From: Bacteriovorax sp.
GTDB lineage: Bacteria; Bdellovibrionota; Bacteriovoracia; Bacteriovoracales; Bacteriovoracaceae
DNA: 60,652 nt
Reading direction: 5' to 3'
NCBI GenBank assembly: GCA_036781565.1
Contig: DAIQAU010000002.1
Span: forward strand, 1-60,652
Below the pieces are notes generated by a model. It was not told the origin of the DNA. It made no database searches and worked only from the letters and a program-made list of their open reading frames with translations. Positions 17,322-29,100 of the stretch are shown here, one piece after another (position 1 is the stretch's first letter; every line of letters begins with the position of its first letter). The translations under genes were made by a program, and so were the position numbers.

Positions 17322-19520
17322 ATGAATGAAAATCACAACCACCATAATTCTCACAACGAAACTCACAAACACCACCATGAAACTGATCATGTATTGAAAG
17401 CTAATTCAATGAACATTGATTTCACCTGCCCAATGCATCCGCAAATCAGACAAAAAGGTCCTGGCAATTGTCCAATCTGTGGAATGGCACTTGAGCCTGT
17501 CGAAATCAAAATAGATGCAGAAGAAGATAATAGCGAATACAAATCAATGCTTTTGCGTTTCATTGTGAGCGCATTACTCAGTCTTCCACTCTTATTTATC
17601 ACAATGGGTGGTCGACACCTGATTAGTAATTTCGTTCCAATGCATTCTTTGAAATGGGTTGAGCTATTTCTGGCATCACCAGTAGTTCTCTGGGGAGCAT
17701 TCCCATTCTTTGTAAAATTTTGGGAATCATTAGTGAATCGTCACCTAAACATGTTTACTCTGATTGGACTTGGAACGGGCGTTGCTTATCTCTACAGCAT
17801 TGTCGCTGTATTCTTTCCAGGCATTTTTCCGAATTCATTTAATGATCCAATGACTGGCGAAATCGGTCTTTACTTTGAAGCTGCTGCTGTTATCACCACT
17901 CTCATCCTTTTGGGTCAGGTTATGGAATTGAAAGCTCGCGGACAAACAAGTGCTGCAATTAAATCACTACTTGGTCTTTCTCCGAAAACGGCAAGAAAGA
18001 TAAACAGTGATGGAACTGAAATGGATATTTCATTAGAAGATGTCCAAGTTAATGATCACTTAAGAGTTCGTCCTGGAGAAAAAGTTCCAGTAGATGGAAT
18101 TATTATCGAAGGAACTTCTTCAATTGATGAATCGATGATTTCCGGCGAGCCGGTACCCGTTGAAAAAATAACGGATTCAAAAGTTATAGGTGCTACTATC
18201 AACGGCACAGGTGCATTTATCATGCGAGCAGAAAAAATCGGCAAAGATACTCTGCTCTCACAGATCGTACAGATGGTTTCAGAAGCTCAGCGCTCACGTG
18301 CGCCGATTCAAAAGCTTGCCGATACAGTTTCAGGTTACTTTGTCCCGGTCGTAGTTCTAATTGCTATTCTAGCAGCAGTTCTGTGGGCATTTTTTGGAAC
18401 TGAACCAAGAATTCCACATGCAATCGTCAACGCAGTTTCAGTTTTGATCATTGCCTGTCCTTGTGCCCTCGGGCTTGCAACGCCCATGTCGATTATGGTT
18501 GCGACTGGTAATGGCGCAAGAATGGGAGTGCTTTTTAAAAATGCTGAGGCCATTGAAGAATTACGAAAAGTGAACATGCTTGTCGTAGATAAAACAGGAA
18601 CATTAACGGTAGGAAAACCTAAACTCGTTACAGTGAAAAGCACAGGGCAGTTTGATGAAAACAGTCTTCTCACATTTGCGGCGAGTTTAGAAAAAGCAAG
18701 CGAGCATCCTCTCGCTCAGGCCATCGTCTCAGGAGCGAAAGAAAAAAATATTCAATTGGTTGAGACTGAAAATTTCCAATCGATTACGGGAAAAGGAATT
18801 CAGGCATTGATCAATGGAAAAAAAGTTTCTCTCGGAAACAAGGCACTCATGCAGGACATAGGCATTGACACAGCTACATTTGAAACCGAAATGAATGCAC
18901 TTCGTTCGGACGGTCAAACCGTTATGTTCATCGCTATTGAAAGAGAAATGGCGGGCTTTATTGGAGTTATTGATCCAATCAAAGAAACATCTATCACGGC
19001 CATCAAAAATTTAAGAGAAAAAGGAATCAAAGTTGCCATGATCACCGGAGATAATGCAAAAACAGCAGAAGCCGTGGCAAAAAAAGTAGGCGTTGATCTT
19101 TTTCATGCGGACGTTCTTCCGCATCAGAAAGCAGAGATTGTGAAAAAGATGCAGGCCGAAAATTTATTTGTCGCCATGGCCGGTGATGGTATTAACGATG
19201 CTCCAGCACTTGCTCAGGCTCAAGTAGGAATTGCTATGGGAACTGGAACGGATGTAGCGATGAATAGTGCTGGCGTGACACTTGTTAAAGGCGATTTAAT
19301 GGGAATTGTGCGTGCAAGAGAAATGAGTGAAAGTACAATTCGCAATATCAAGGAGAATTTATTTTTTGCTTTCATCTATAATGCCATCGGCGTTCCAATT
19401 GCGGCAGGCGCATTATATCCTTTTACAAAAATGCTTCTTAATCCAATGATTGCGGCGTTTGCAATGAGTTTAAGCTCTGTATCAGTTATTCTAAATTCTT
19501 TAAGACTAAAGAAAATTTAA
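17322..19520 (+). CDS. copA: Cu(I)-exporting P1B-type ATPase
   Basis: His-rich N-terminus, TCPMHP..CPICGM domain, CPCALG, DKTGT, SEHP, GDGIND, YN and MxxSS motifs. Confidence 0.95.
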   Translation: MNENHNHHNSHNETHKHHHETDHVLKANSMNIDFTCPMHPQIRQKGPGNCPICGMALEPVEIKIDAEEDNSEYKSMLLRFIVSALLSLPLLFITMGGRHLISNFVPMHSLKWVELFLASPVVLWGAFPFFVKFWESLVNRHLNMFTLIGLGTGVAYLYSIVAVFFPGIFPNSFNDPMTGEIGLYFEAAAVITTLILLGQVMELKARGQTSAAIKSLLGLSPKTARKINSDGTEMDISLEDVQVNDHLRVRPGEKVPVDGIIIEGTSSIDESMISGEPVPVEKITDSKVIGATINGTGAFIMRAEKIGKDTLLSQIVQMVSEAQRSRAPIQKLADTVSGYFVPVVVLIAILAAVLWAFFGTEPRIPHAIVNAVSVLIIACPCALGLATPMSIMVATGNGARMGVLFKNAEAIEELRKVNMLVVDKTGTLTVGKPKLVTVKSTGQFDENSLLTFAASLEKASEHPLAQAIVSGAKEKNIQLVETENFQSITGKGIQALINGKKVSLGNKALMQDIGIDTATFETEMNALRSDGQTVMFIAIEREMAGFIGVIDPIKETSITAIKNLREKGIKVAMITGDNAKTAEAVAKKVGVDLFHADVLPHQKAEIVKKMQAENLFVAMAGDGINDAPALAQAQVGIAMGTGTDVAMNSAGVTLVKGDLMGIVRAREMSESTIRNIKENLFFAFIYNAIGVPIAAGALYPFTKMLLNPMIAAFAMSLSSVSVILNSLRLKKI

Positions 19521-19547
19521 AAGGGGGTTTAACTCTCTTTTTGATTT

Positions 19548-19578
19548 AAAAAAACAGTGCAAATATAAATTTGCACTG
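19548..19578 (-). terminator. Intrinsic terminator of the 19633..19983 gene
   Basis: CAGTGCAAAT-ATAA-ATTTGCACTG (19555-19578) followed by a T-run on the minus strand. Confidence 0.6.
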
Positions 19579-19632
19579 CCAATTAACACTTTTCACTCAA
19601 AGGAGAGAGCCGTGAAAAGATTTAAAAAATTA

Positions 19633-19983
19633 TTATTTTGTTTTTTCAACGATTGTTCCTTCAGCGATAGGAACTCCAGCATCAAACTTCACTTCTGAAT
19701 AATGCTCATTTAAAACACTAACAACTGATCCTTCACCAATTTTCTCTTTTTTACAAGAAACACTGATATGGCTTCTTGTCGATTTATCAACTTGGTTATT
19801 AACACAAACGTTTTTAAAAGCAGAAACGCGATCACCTACTTGAACTTCATTGTCGCCCAAACAAACGTGAGCAGTGTCTTCTCCCGTTTTCATTGCAACT
19901 GATCCTCTCATTGTCGAGTGATGAGCGCATGAACTTAAAACTAGAACTCCTAAAGCAACCATAGCAACATTTTTTACTTTCAT
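19633..19983 (-). CDS. Small His/Cys-containing lipoprotein
   Basis: Lipobox LSSC, CAHH, AHVCLG and a further Cys pair. Confidence 0.75.
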   Translation of the reverse strand: MKVKNVAMVALGVLVLSSCAHHSTMRGSVAMKTGEDTAHVCLGDNEVQVGDRVSAFKNVCVNNQVDKSTRSHISVSCKKEKIGEGSVVSVLNEHYSEVKFDAGVPIAEGTIVEKTK

Positions 19984-20255
19984 TTTAACTCCTGAGAAAG
20001 TTTTGATTTAGAACAGCACAATTATTTTACCTTTATTTACAAATGAATTCCATGTATTTTACCTATCAAATGTTTTCCAATCAAGGGAAGATTCCGACAT
20101 CACTGGTCGGATTATTTTCAAATCTATTTGCTAGATTGTTCAACATTTTATTCACACACCATTTTTCGTAAAAAACTCCAAATTCGACCTAAAAATTTCT
20201 TAAATCTATTTTTTGGCAATTCATTTAATAACGTCGAATCAATATTTTTTTCCGC

Positions 20256-21524
20256 TTAAGTCTTAAAAAAGCTCAACAGTGTGAAAATAAAAGCTCCCGT
20301 ACATAAAGTTAACAGCCAAGGAATAAATAAAAGTTTAAATAGTTCTTTACCACCGATTATTCGAGCAATTATTCCTTTAAAAAATACATTTGAAATGCAG
20401 GCTACGATTATCACCTTAGTCGCTTCGACTAGTTCTAACCTTCCTGTATGTACTAGCTTAGAAGAAGATAAAGTAATGGCGTCCATATCAGTGATGCCAG
20501 AAATTAAAGCAACGACAAATAAACCGCTCTCCCCTAGGTATTCCTTAGAAAAAGCAACTGCCAATAAAACTCCTGAATAAATGAGGCCAAAGAGAAGTGC
20601 TGTTCTTATTTCTGTTGGATTTTCTTGATTTAACATTCCTATGCTTTGGCTCGTGTTTTTTTTCCAGATCCATGCGGTAGAAGAAGTTGAAACAAAAAAC
20701 AAAATTCCCATAACAATTAGAGGCGTATTAAATCCAGGTGCAACCAAAGCTATTTCAACACAAAGACGTAAGTAAACAGTAGTCCATGCAATTAAAATAA
20801 TAAGCGCATTAAATGTGCTGGAATGGTATGATAACTTTTCGTTTTTTGAATAGCTGACAGTTGTCGCCGTACTTGAGATCAAGCCGCCAAGGACACCGCT
20901 TAAAAGCAAACCAGCTCTCTCTCCCCAAAACTTATAAATTATGTAACCGGATAAACTGATCCCTACAATAATCAGAATCATTAACCATGTATCATGAGGA
21001 TTGAAAACGTTTAGTGGACCAAAAGTTCTGTCAGGAATAAGAGGAAAAATGACTAATACAATTAATACAAACTGCATGATGGAGTTAATTTCAAGCTCGG
21101 TAAACTTTCTTGCTATTCCATGAAGCTCGATTTTTGCCTGTAAAATAAAAGCTAAAATACCAGTAATAGCAGCGGCAATCCATATAGGTCCGACCTTCAC
21201 AAGGACTCCAGCAGAATACATGAGAAGCATTGAGAGTTCAGTAACAGGGCCAGAGTGAGAAATGGTTTCATCTATTACTTTACGTTTTACAATTGAAGAC
21301 ACTATCACTATGAAAATTCCTATGAAGCCGGCCATTAAAGGCCATGATCCATATGAATCAGTAAGAAATGCGCAGACAGTTCCCAATAATGTTATTAAAG
21401 AAAAAGATCTTATACCCGCAATTTGTGATTGTCGCCACTCTCTCTGTAACCCAACAATTAGTCCCAACATAGTAGAAATAAGCAGTTGGTGAAAAGGATG
21501 AATGTTATCAATAGAAAAATTCAT
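20256..21524 (-). CDS. MgtC/SapB family membrane protein with DUF4010
   Basis: GLIVGLQRE..AGIRSF, GGLISSTATT, SGITDMDAITLS. Confidence 0.9.
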   Translation of the reverse strand: MNFSIDNIHPFHQLLISTMLGLIVGLQREWRQSQIAGIRSFSLITLLGTVCAFLTDSYGSWPLMAGFIGIFIVIVSSIVKRKVIDETISHSGPVTELSMLLMYSAGVLVKVGPIWIAAAITGILAFILQAKIELHGIARKFTELEINSIMQFVLIVLVIFPLIPDRTFGPLNVFNPHDTWLMILIIVGISLSGYIIYKFWGERAGLLLSGVLGGLISSTATTVSYSKNEKLSYHSSTFNALIILIAWTTVYLRLCVEIALVAPGFNTPLIVMGILFFVSTSSTAWIWKKNTSQSIGMLNQENPTEIRTALLFGLIYSGVLLAVAFSKEYLGESGLFVVALISGITDMDAITLSSSKLVHTGRLELVEATKVIIVACISNVFFKGIIARIIGGKELFKLLFIPWLLTLCTGAFIFTLLSFFKT

Positions 21525-21529
21525 CTTGC

Positions 21530-22882
21530 TTATAAATCCACTGTTTGAAGATACTCAGGCACAATTGCATTCCAGTTAAACTCTGATTGAATTTTATTCT
21601 TTAAGGAAAGTGACGCCTCTGGTTCGCCATGGGTGACGAAAATTTTCTTTGGAGAAGATGAGAAATTTTTCAACCAATCAATTAATTCATTTTGATCGGC
21701 GTGTGCAGAGAATCCATCTACTAATTCAACTTCGGCATTAATTGTTGTTTCTTTTCCATGAATTTTCATAGTTCGTTTGCCTTCAAGTAGAAATCTCCCT
21801 CTTGTACCAGCTGCTTGAAAACCAGCAAGCACAATCATATTATTTTTATCTGGTCCAAATGCTTTAAAATGATGAAGAATTCTTCCACCAGTGGCCATAC
21901 CACTTGCAGAAATTATAATCATTGGACCTTTTTTACTGTTTAGCTTGATAGATTCATCAACCTGACGAACATATTTAGCAGTTGCGCACATATGGTGACA
22001 TTCATCTGGATTTAAACGATGTTCTGAGCGATGTTTGCAATATATTTCCATTGCACTAATTGACATTGGACTATTCAAGAAAACAGGTACATCTTTTAAT
22101 TTTTTCTGAGCTTTTAGTAAGTGTATCGCATAGAGAAATGCTTGGGTTCGCCCAATAGAAAACGCAGGGATCATAACGACTCCATTTCTATCAACAGCAC
22201 GATTAAGTACTTCTTCTAACTTGATTAATGGATCTATTTTTTCATGTGTTCTATTTCCGTAAGTCGATTCTATAATTAAATAATCTGTGGCGGAAACAGC
22301 TTCAGGAGGATTCATAATTAAATCTTCAGGCCTACCAAGATCTCCTGTGAATAAAATTGTCTTGTCCTGAATTTTCAATCGAACAAATGCTGATCCAAGA
22401 ATGTGACCTGAAGGTATAAAATTTATTTGAGTTGAGTTTAGTTCAAAAGAGGTATGGAAATTTTGTGGTTTAAATTGATTTAAAACTTTTTCAGCATCTT
22501 CAATAGTAAATAATGGTTCAGCCGGTGTATGCTTTGAAAATCCTTTTTTATTTGCATATTCTGCATCCTCTTCCTGCAATTTCCCTGCATCCCGTAATAA
22601 AACTTTACATAAATCAAAAGTAGCTTCGGTTGAATAAATTGGACCAGAAAATCCTTTTTTCATCAACACCGGAAGATATCCAGTATGGTCAATATGCGCA
22701 TGAGTTACAATAACTGCATTTATTGTTGAAGGATCAATTGGGAAATTATCCCAATTTCTTAATCGTAACTCTTTTAACCCCTGAAACAAACCACAATCAA
22801 TCAGAATTTTGAATCCATTGTTCTCTAATAAATATTTAGATCCTGTTACAGTTCCTGTTCCACCTAAAAATGTTAGCTTCAT
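21530..22882 (-). CDS. MBL-fold beta-CASP ribonuclease
   Basis: THAHIDH, GHILGS, ESTYGNR, SASGMATGGR, FSAHAD, THGE. Confidence 0.93.
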   Translation of the reverse strand: MKLTFLGGTGTVTGSKYLLENNGFKILIDCGLFQGLKELRLRNWDNFPIDPSTINAVIVTHAHIDHTGYLPVLMKKGFSGPIYSTEATFDLCKVLLRDAGKLQEEDAEYANKKGFSKHTPAEPLFTIEDAEKVLNQFKPQNFHTSFELNSTQINFIPSGHILGSAFVRLKIQDKTILFTGDLGRPEDLIMNPPEAVSATDYLIIESTYGNRTHEKIDPLIKLEEVLNRAVDRNGVVMIPAFSIGRTQAFLYAIHLLKAQKKLKDVPVFLNSPMSISAMEIYCKHRSEHRLNPDECHHMCATAKYVRQVDESIKLNSKKGPMIIISASGMATGGRILHHFKAFGPDKNNMIVLAGFQAAGTRGRFLLEGKRTMKIHGKETTINAEVELVDGFSAHADQNELIDWLKNFSSSPKKIFVTHGEPEASLSLKNKIQSEFNWNAIVPEYLQTVDL

Positions 22883-22901
22883 CCAGTACCTCTAATGCTG
22901 C

Positions 22902-23549
22902 TTAAATTCTGATTTCATGTTTTCTACAACACTCGGGCATTTCACCCTTTATGATTTCAATTGTTCTCTGTACTTTATCTAAAAAATCATTTTGGCTTTC
23001 GATAAAAAATCTTCTCGGATGTCCTTCCCATGCTTTTTCGATCTTCTTGTCAATTTCAGCGGCCAACGTTGCACTTTCAATTCGAACTGGATTTTGCAAA
23101 TTATATCCACGTTCAAGACTAGGAGTTCTCAAGTGAATTACGGCTGAGTAACGATTTAATTCACTTTCTTTCTGTGTTTTAAGCTCTGACCAAAATAAAG
23201 TTTCTGTTCCTGGCCAGTAGGCCAGTCCATCCAATGTCCCTCTATCACATAAAGCAACGGCATACTTATTTTCGTCAGCAGCTAATCTTTCCATTTCCAG
23301 CTGCAAATGATAAATGGCCCTTTGAGCACTCATCCGTCCACTCGTGCTTTCTAATCTCCAAAAACCTCCTCCAAAAACAATGCTGGCTGCTTCAGGAAGA
23401 ACAGCAATATGCTGACAAAAGCTTTTTTTGACGATTTCTAGCACAGCTGTTTTTCCTGCTCCAGGTCCACCAGTTAAAACGACTTTCTTAAAGGGGTGAA
23501 CCGAAACTTGACACTCGCAAACTGCTCCCAAATTACATGCTTCTACCAT
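22902..23549 (-). CDS. P-loop NTPase (AAA_28 / nucleotide-kinase-like)
   Basis: LTGGPGAGKT, PEAA, CDRGTLDG; Cys-rich termini. Confidence 0.8.
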   Translation of the reverse strand: MVEACNLGAVCECQVSVHPFKKVVLTGGPGAGKTAVLEIVKKSFCQHIAVLPEAASIVFGGGFWRLESTSGRMSAQRAIYHLQLEMERLAADENKYAVALCDRGTLDGLAYWPGTETLFWSELKTQKESELNRYSAVIHLRTPSLERGYNLQNPVRIESATLAAEIDKKIEKAWEGHPRRFFIESQNDFLDKVQRTIEIIKGEMPECCRKHEIRI

Positions 23550-26143
23550 GGGCCCTCCTTACTAGATTTCCGTAATGTATGACGGTACCACTTTCGCAAT
23601 TCAATTATTGATACGGGAATTAAAGTTATCCCAAGCATCACAATACATTCAGTCCATGTGATATCTTTCACTTTAAATAGATTGCTGAAAAACTCAGTGT
23701 GATGAAGGGCCAATTGAAAACCAATGGGAATGGCAACGGCTATCAGTAGATAAAGATTCGAACTCCATTTCATCTGAAAAAAAGTTTTTGTATCACTTCT
23801 GCAAGCAAATGCTCTGAACAATTCTGAAAATACTAGAAAAGAAAACACGTGAGTTCTGGCCGTGCTTTCATCTTCCATTTTCAAACTGTACCCATAAACT
23901 GCGAGAGAGAGAATCGCAGTTAGAACTCCTACAATAAACATTTCAGTATAAAAATTTTTATCAAAGAATGTACTTGGCGATGGTCGTTTCGTTTGTTCAA
24001 GAACTTTATCCGGAACAGGTTCAGCTGCTAAAGCTAGAGAAGGAAGACCATCAGTCACTAGATTAATCCAAAGTAAATGAATTGGAGCAAGCGGTGGTGC
24101 CCATCCTAAAATAGCGGCACCCAACATAATCAGGATTTCTGCTAGATTTCCAGAAAGCAAGTATTGAATTGTTCTTCTGATGTTCCCATAAATCGCACGG
24201 CCTTCTTCAATCGCTTTCACGATTGTTGAAAAATTATCATCGGTAAGAATCATTGAAGCAGCTTGTTTTGCAACTTCGGTTCCTCCTTTCCCCATGGCAA
24301 CTCCAATTGAAGCTTGCTTTAAAGCTGGAGCATCGTTCACTCCATCGCCTGTCATGGCCACAATATTTCCTTTATTCTGCCAAGCTTGTACAATTTTCAA
24401 TTTGTGTTCGGGCGAAACTCGTGCGTAAACTGCAGTCTGCTCAACTCTTGATTCCAATTCTTGAACAGACATTTTTTCCACTTCAATGCCTGTTAAAACC
24501 TGATCAAAAACGTTCGGCTCTGTAATACCCAGTTCGTTTGCAATTGTTTTCGCAGTTACAGGATGATCGCCTGTGATCATGACAACTTTTATTCCTGCAT
24601 TTCTACATTCCTTTATAGCTGGAATACTTTCTGTTCTTGGAGGATCAGCTATTGATACGAGCCCGAGAAAGTGAAGATCTTTTTCTATAAAATTTCTATC
24701 GGCCTTAAGATCAGTTTCATCTTTAATGATTTTTTTGGTCAACATCAACAATCTTCTTCCCTGTGAAGAAAAGGATTCAACCGCCGAACGGATTGTATTT
24801 TTATCTGAATCAGAATTAAGACATAGCGGTAGAAGAGCTTCGGGCGCACCTTTGGTGAAAAGGACAATCTCTCCATTTCTTTCAACAGCAACGCTCATTC
24901 TTCTTAAAATGCTGTCAAAACTTAATTCAAGTTTACGAGGATTTTGAACAAAGGATTCTTTAATAGAAAAATTATTTTCGTCACCAAAGTAAAGAAGAGC
25001 TACTTCAGTAGGGTCACCAGTTTCAATTCCATTATCGATGCTGGCATTTGTACAAAGAACTGCTGAAGCAAGTTGTTCTGCATTTGGTGTAGTACCTTCA
25101 AGAGAAAAGAACTCGCGCACCCGCATCTTGCCAGTTGTGAGTGTTCCTGTCTTATCTGTGCAAATGACATTGGTTGAACCCAAAGTCTCCACTGCTGGCA
25201 AGTGTTTCACAATGGCATTTCTCTTTGTCATTCTTCGAATAGCGAGGGCCAGGGCCAAGGTTACAACAGTGGGAAGACCTTCAGGGATAGCCGCTACGGC
25301 GAGGCTTATGGCCGACATTAAAACATCAAGCCAATTTTCACGATGAAATAATCCTAGAACTGCAACGAGTACGACGACGACACCACAAAATAAAAGAAGC
25401 TTATTGCTGACTTGATCCAATTTTTTTTGCAAAGGTGTTTGTACAGTTTCGGCAGATTTCAAAAGTTCGGAAATTTTTCCGATTTCTGTTTTTGTACCTG
25501 TTGCTGTTACTACTGCATGAGCAGAACCTGCAACAACAACAGTACTAGCAAACAACATGTTCTTTCGATCAGCAAGCAGAGTTTCTTCACCGAGAGACAT
25601 CGTGTGCTTTTTTATTGGAAGTGATTCACCTGTCAAAATTGCTTCATCGACCTGCAATTGGCTTGCATCTACAACTCTGGCATCAGCAGAAATAAAATCG
25701 CCGCCTTCTAATATGAGAATATCACCAGGAACTACCTCAGAGGCTGCAATATCTTTGACACTCCCATCTCTCAAAACTCTAGACCTAGGCGCAGATAATT
25801 TACGAAGGGCTTCGATGGCTGCTTCTGCTTTAGCTTCCTGAGCGTAACCAATAAAAGCGTTAATAATTACAATTGTGAAAATTGCAATGGCATCTGTATA
25901 TTCTCCGAGGATTGAAGATATAACAGTTGCAATCAATAAGATGACAACGACGGGACTTTTGAATTGATTTATGAAACGAACCAGAGGAGATATTTTTGCT
26001 TCTGCCTTTAATTCATTTGGCCCATAAAAATCTAATCTCTTTTTTACTTCAGAAGAAGATAGTCCTACTGAGCTTTTCGCTTTTAAGGCATCAATGACAA
26101 CTTGAAATTCATATGCCCATGCTTTTTCTGTCCATTTATTCAT
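23543..26143 (-). CDS. P2A-type cation (Ca2+-like) transporting ATPase
   Basis: TGES, PEGL, DKTGT, KGAPE, TGDGVND, WINLVTDG; start at MNKW overlapping the cusA stop. Confidence 0.92.
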   Translation of the reverse strand: MNKWTEKAWAYEFQVVIDALKAKSSVGLSSSEVKKRLDFYGPNELKAEAKISPLVRFINQFKSPVVVILLIATVISSILGEYTDAIAIFTIVIINAFIGYAQEAKAEAAIEALRKLSAPRSRVLRDGSVKDIAASEVVPGDILILEGGDFISADARVVDASQLQVDEAILTGESLPIKKHTMSLGEETLLADRKNMLFASTVVVAGSAHAVVTATGTKTEIGKISELLKSAETVQTPLQKKLDQVSNKLLLFCGVVVVLVAVLGLFHRENWLDVLMSAISLAVAAIPEGLPTVVTLALALAIRRMTKRNAIVKHLPAVETLGSTNVICTDKTGTLTTGKMRVREFFSLEGTTPNAEQLASAVLCTNASIDNGIETGDPTEVALLYFGDENNFSIKESFVQNPRKLELSFDSILRRMSVAVERNGEIVLFTKGAPEALLPLCLNSDSDKNTIRSAVESFSSQGRRLLMLTKKIIKDETDLKADRNFIEKDLHFLGLVSIADPPRTESIPAIKECRNAGIKVVMITGDHPVTAKTIANELGITEPNVFDQVLTGIEVEKMSVQELESRVEQTAVYARVSPEHKLKIVQAWQNKGNIVAMTGDGVNDAPALKQASIGVAMGKGGTEVAKQAASMILTDDNFSTIVKAIEEGRAIYGNIRRTIQYLLSGNLAEILIMLGAAILGWAPPLAPIHLLWINLVTDGLPSLALAAEPVPDKVLEQTKRPSPSTFFDKNFYTEMFIVGVLTAILSLAVYGYSLKMEDESTARTHVFSFLVFSELFRAFACRSDTKTFFQMKWSSNLYLLIAVAIPIGFQLALHHTEFFSNLFKVKDITWTECIVMLGITLIPVSIIELRKWYRHTLRKSSKEGPW

Positions 26144-29100
26144 GTGAAGTAGCTCTTTTCTCCCGCAGCATATACACAACAGGAATTACAATTAAAGTTA
26201 AAATTGTCAGCGAGACTAAGCCTCCAAACATTGGAGATGAAAGTCTCTTCATTACGTCAGCTCCAATCCCAGTTGCCATCATGACAGGAAGAAGTCCAAA
26301 AATATTCATACTCACTGCCATCAGAACAGAACGAAGACTTTTTTGTGCGCCTTCCAGAGTTGCACGAGCATAATCCTGAGTATTTCTAAGAGTTCCATTT
26401 TCTTTATTTTTTTTCCAGGCTTCATCAAGGAATACGACCATAATGGAAGTTGTTTCAACTGCTACACCAATTAAAGCAATGGCCCCAGCCCAAACCGCGA
26501 CACTCATATTGTAATTGAGAACCCACATGAGCAGAATTCCACCAACCAATGAGAGAGGAACTGAAGTCATAATCATGACTGTTTTTGAAACCGAACGCAT
26601 ACTGATGTAAAGCAAGCCGAAAATAAGAATTAATGTAAGGGGAAGAACAATTTTCATTCTTGCCTGCATTCTTTCAAGATATTCATACTGTCCCGTCCAC
26701 TGAATAAAATATCCAGGAGGGATGAGAACATTTTTCTTCACAGCAACTTTAGCATCTTCAACATATCCACCTGGGTCTCTGTCTTTTAGATCTATATAAA
26801 CATATCCAGCGAGTGATCCATTTTCATCCAGAACCATTGGTGGCCCTGATCTAATGACAAACTTACCTAATTGATTCAAAGGGATTTGTGCACCTGTCGG
26901 AGTTGCGACAAGTGTACGGCTGAGTTTATCTACATCATCGCGAAGCTCTCTCGGGTAGCGGACGTTAATTGAATATCTTTCTCGCCCTTCAATTGTCTGA
27001 GAAATTTCCATCCCGCCAATAGCTGTTTCAACAACAGTTTGAACATCACCTACGTTTAAACCGTAACGACCAAGGACGTCTCTGTCTGGTTCAAAATCAA
27101 TATAGTTTCCGCCAACAATTCTTTCAGCATAAACACTTCTGGTTCCCCTTACTGAATTGAGAGCGTGTTCGAGATGCTGACCGATCTCTTCTATAACTTT
27201 TAAATCTTTTCCATAAATTTTAATTCCAACTGGTGTTCTGATTCCAGTTGAAAGCATGTCTATTCTTCCGCGAACAGGCTTTGTCCACGCACGGTTTAAC
27301 CCGGGCACCTCTACTGCCTTATCGAGTTCGGCAATCAATGAATCTTCTGTGACACCTTTTCTCCATTTATCCCTAGGTTTTAATTTAATCGTAAACTCAA
27401 GCATGGAAATTGGTGCTGGATCAGTAGCGGTTTCAAATCGTCCTGCTTTACCAAAAGAAGTTTCAACTTCAGGAACAGATTTAATAGCAGCTCCCTGTCT
27501 CGTCAGTAAATCCTGTGCAGCAGTTACAGAAATTCCCGGAACAGTGATCGGCATATAGAGCAAATCACCTTCCCATAAAGGAGGCATAAATTCTGAACCT
27601 AGTCTTGTGTAACCAAAAATTGAGACGAGAACAAGAGTCCCCATTCCAATCAAAACTGCTTTTGTATGTTGCAGACACCATTGTAAGACCGGACGATATA
27701 TTCCTTGTAATTTGCGATTAATGGGATTCTGCTCTTCTGGTTTAATATTCCCTTTTACAAAATAAGCAATCAATGGCGGTGTCACTGTAATTGAAACAAG
27801 GGCGGCCATAATCATTGCAAATGTTTTTGTGTAAGCTAATGGATGAAAGAGTTTTCCTTCCTGTGCTTCAAGCGCAAAGATAGGAAGAAAAGAAACTCCG
27901 ATAATAAGAAGAGAACTGAAAATGGAGGGCCCGAGTTCTTTACAAGCTTCAATTGCAAGTTCAGATGTTGGTCTTCCTGAAGTATTTTCTGCAATTTTTT
28001 TATGAGTGTTTTCAATAAAGACCACTACACCATCTACGATATCACCAACGGCGAGAATAATTCCCCCCATCGACATAATATTTAGACTGATGTCCAGATA
28101 GTACAGAGGTATCATTGCGATAAGAATAGAAAGCGGCAATGTAATGGCCACAACAAATGTGCTTTTGAAGTGAAAAAGAAAAAGAAAGATAATAAAGCAA
28201 ACGAGAATAATTTCTTCAATAATATTATCTCGCAAAGTTTCAACTGCCTTTGAAATTAAATCTGATCTGTCATAGACAATTTTTAATTCTACCCCCGGCG
28301 GAAAAGCCCCCTTAACATCAGTAATTTTCTTTTTTACAGCAGAGATAACTTTTGATGCATCTTCTCCTTGCCTCATGACAACTAGTCCACCGACAGTATC
28401 GCCATTGCCATCCAGATCAGAAAGCCCACGCCGAATATTTGGACCCAAACTGACTTTACCGACATCGGCTACTCGAACTGGTGTATTTCCCGGTCCCATA
28501 CCAACTGCGATATTTTCGATTTCTTTAGGATCTTTTACATAACCAAGTCCTCGCACATAATGCTCTCTCTCGGAAATTTCAAGAGTACGCCCACCGACAT
28601 CCTTATTACTGTTACGAATGGCCCGGATAATCTGATCAAGTGATATTTTAAGAGCTGCAATTCTATTTGGATCGATCTCGACTTGATATTGCTTTTCGAA
28701 TCCACCGACGCTCGTAACCTCAGCAACACCGGGAACAGAACTTAGCCAATATCTCAAATACCAATCTTGAAAAGTTTTCATTTCTGCCAGTGAATATTTA
28801 TGATCTTTATCGACAAGAGCATACTGAAATACCCAACCTACTCCGGATGCATCAGGACCGATTGAAGGAGTCGCTCCTTGAGGAAGTTGTCCACTGAGTT
28901 TTGATAAATATTCTACAACACGCGAACGCGCCCAATAGAGATCTGTGCCATCTTTGAAAATGACATATACAAACGACATACCAAACATGGAAAATCCACG
29001 TACGACATTTACCTTGGGAGCTGAAAGCATTGCTGTAACAAGCGGATAAGTAATCTGGTTTTCAATTAAATCCGGACTGCGTCCCATCCACTCGGTGTAA

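Noticed and set aside
20093..20111. TCCGAC-N7-GTCGGA inverted repeat upstream of the 19983 gene
   Set aside because: A single 6-bp dyad with no second copy noticed; too weak to call.
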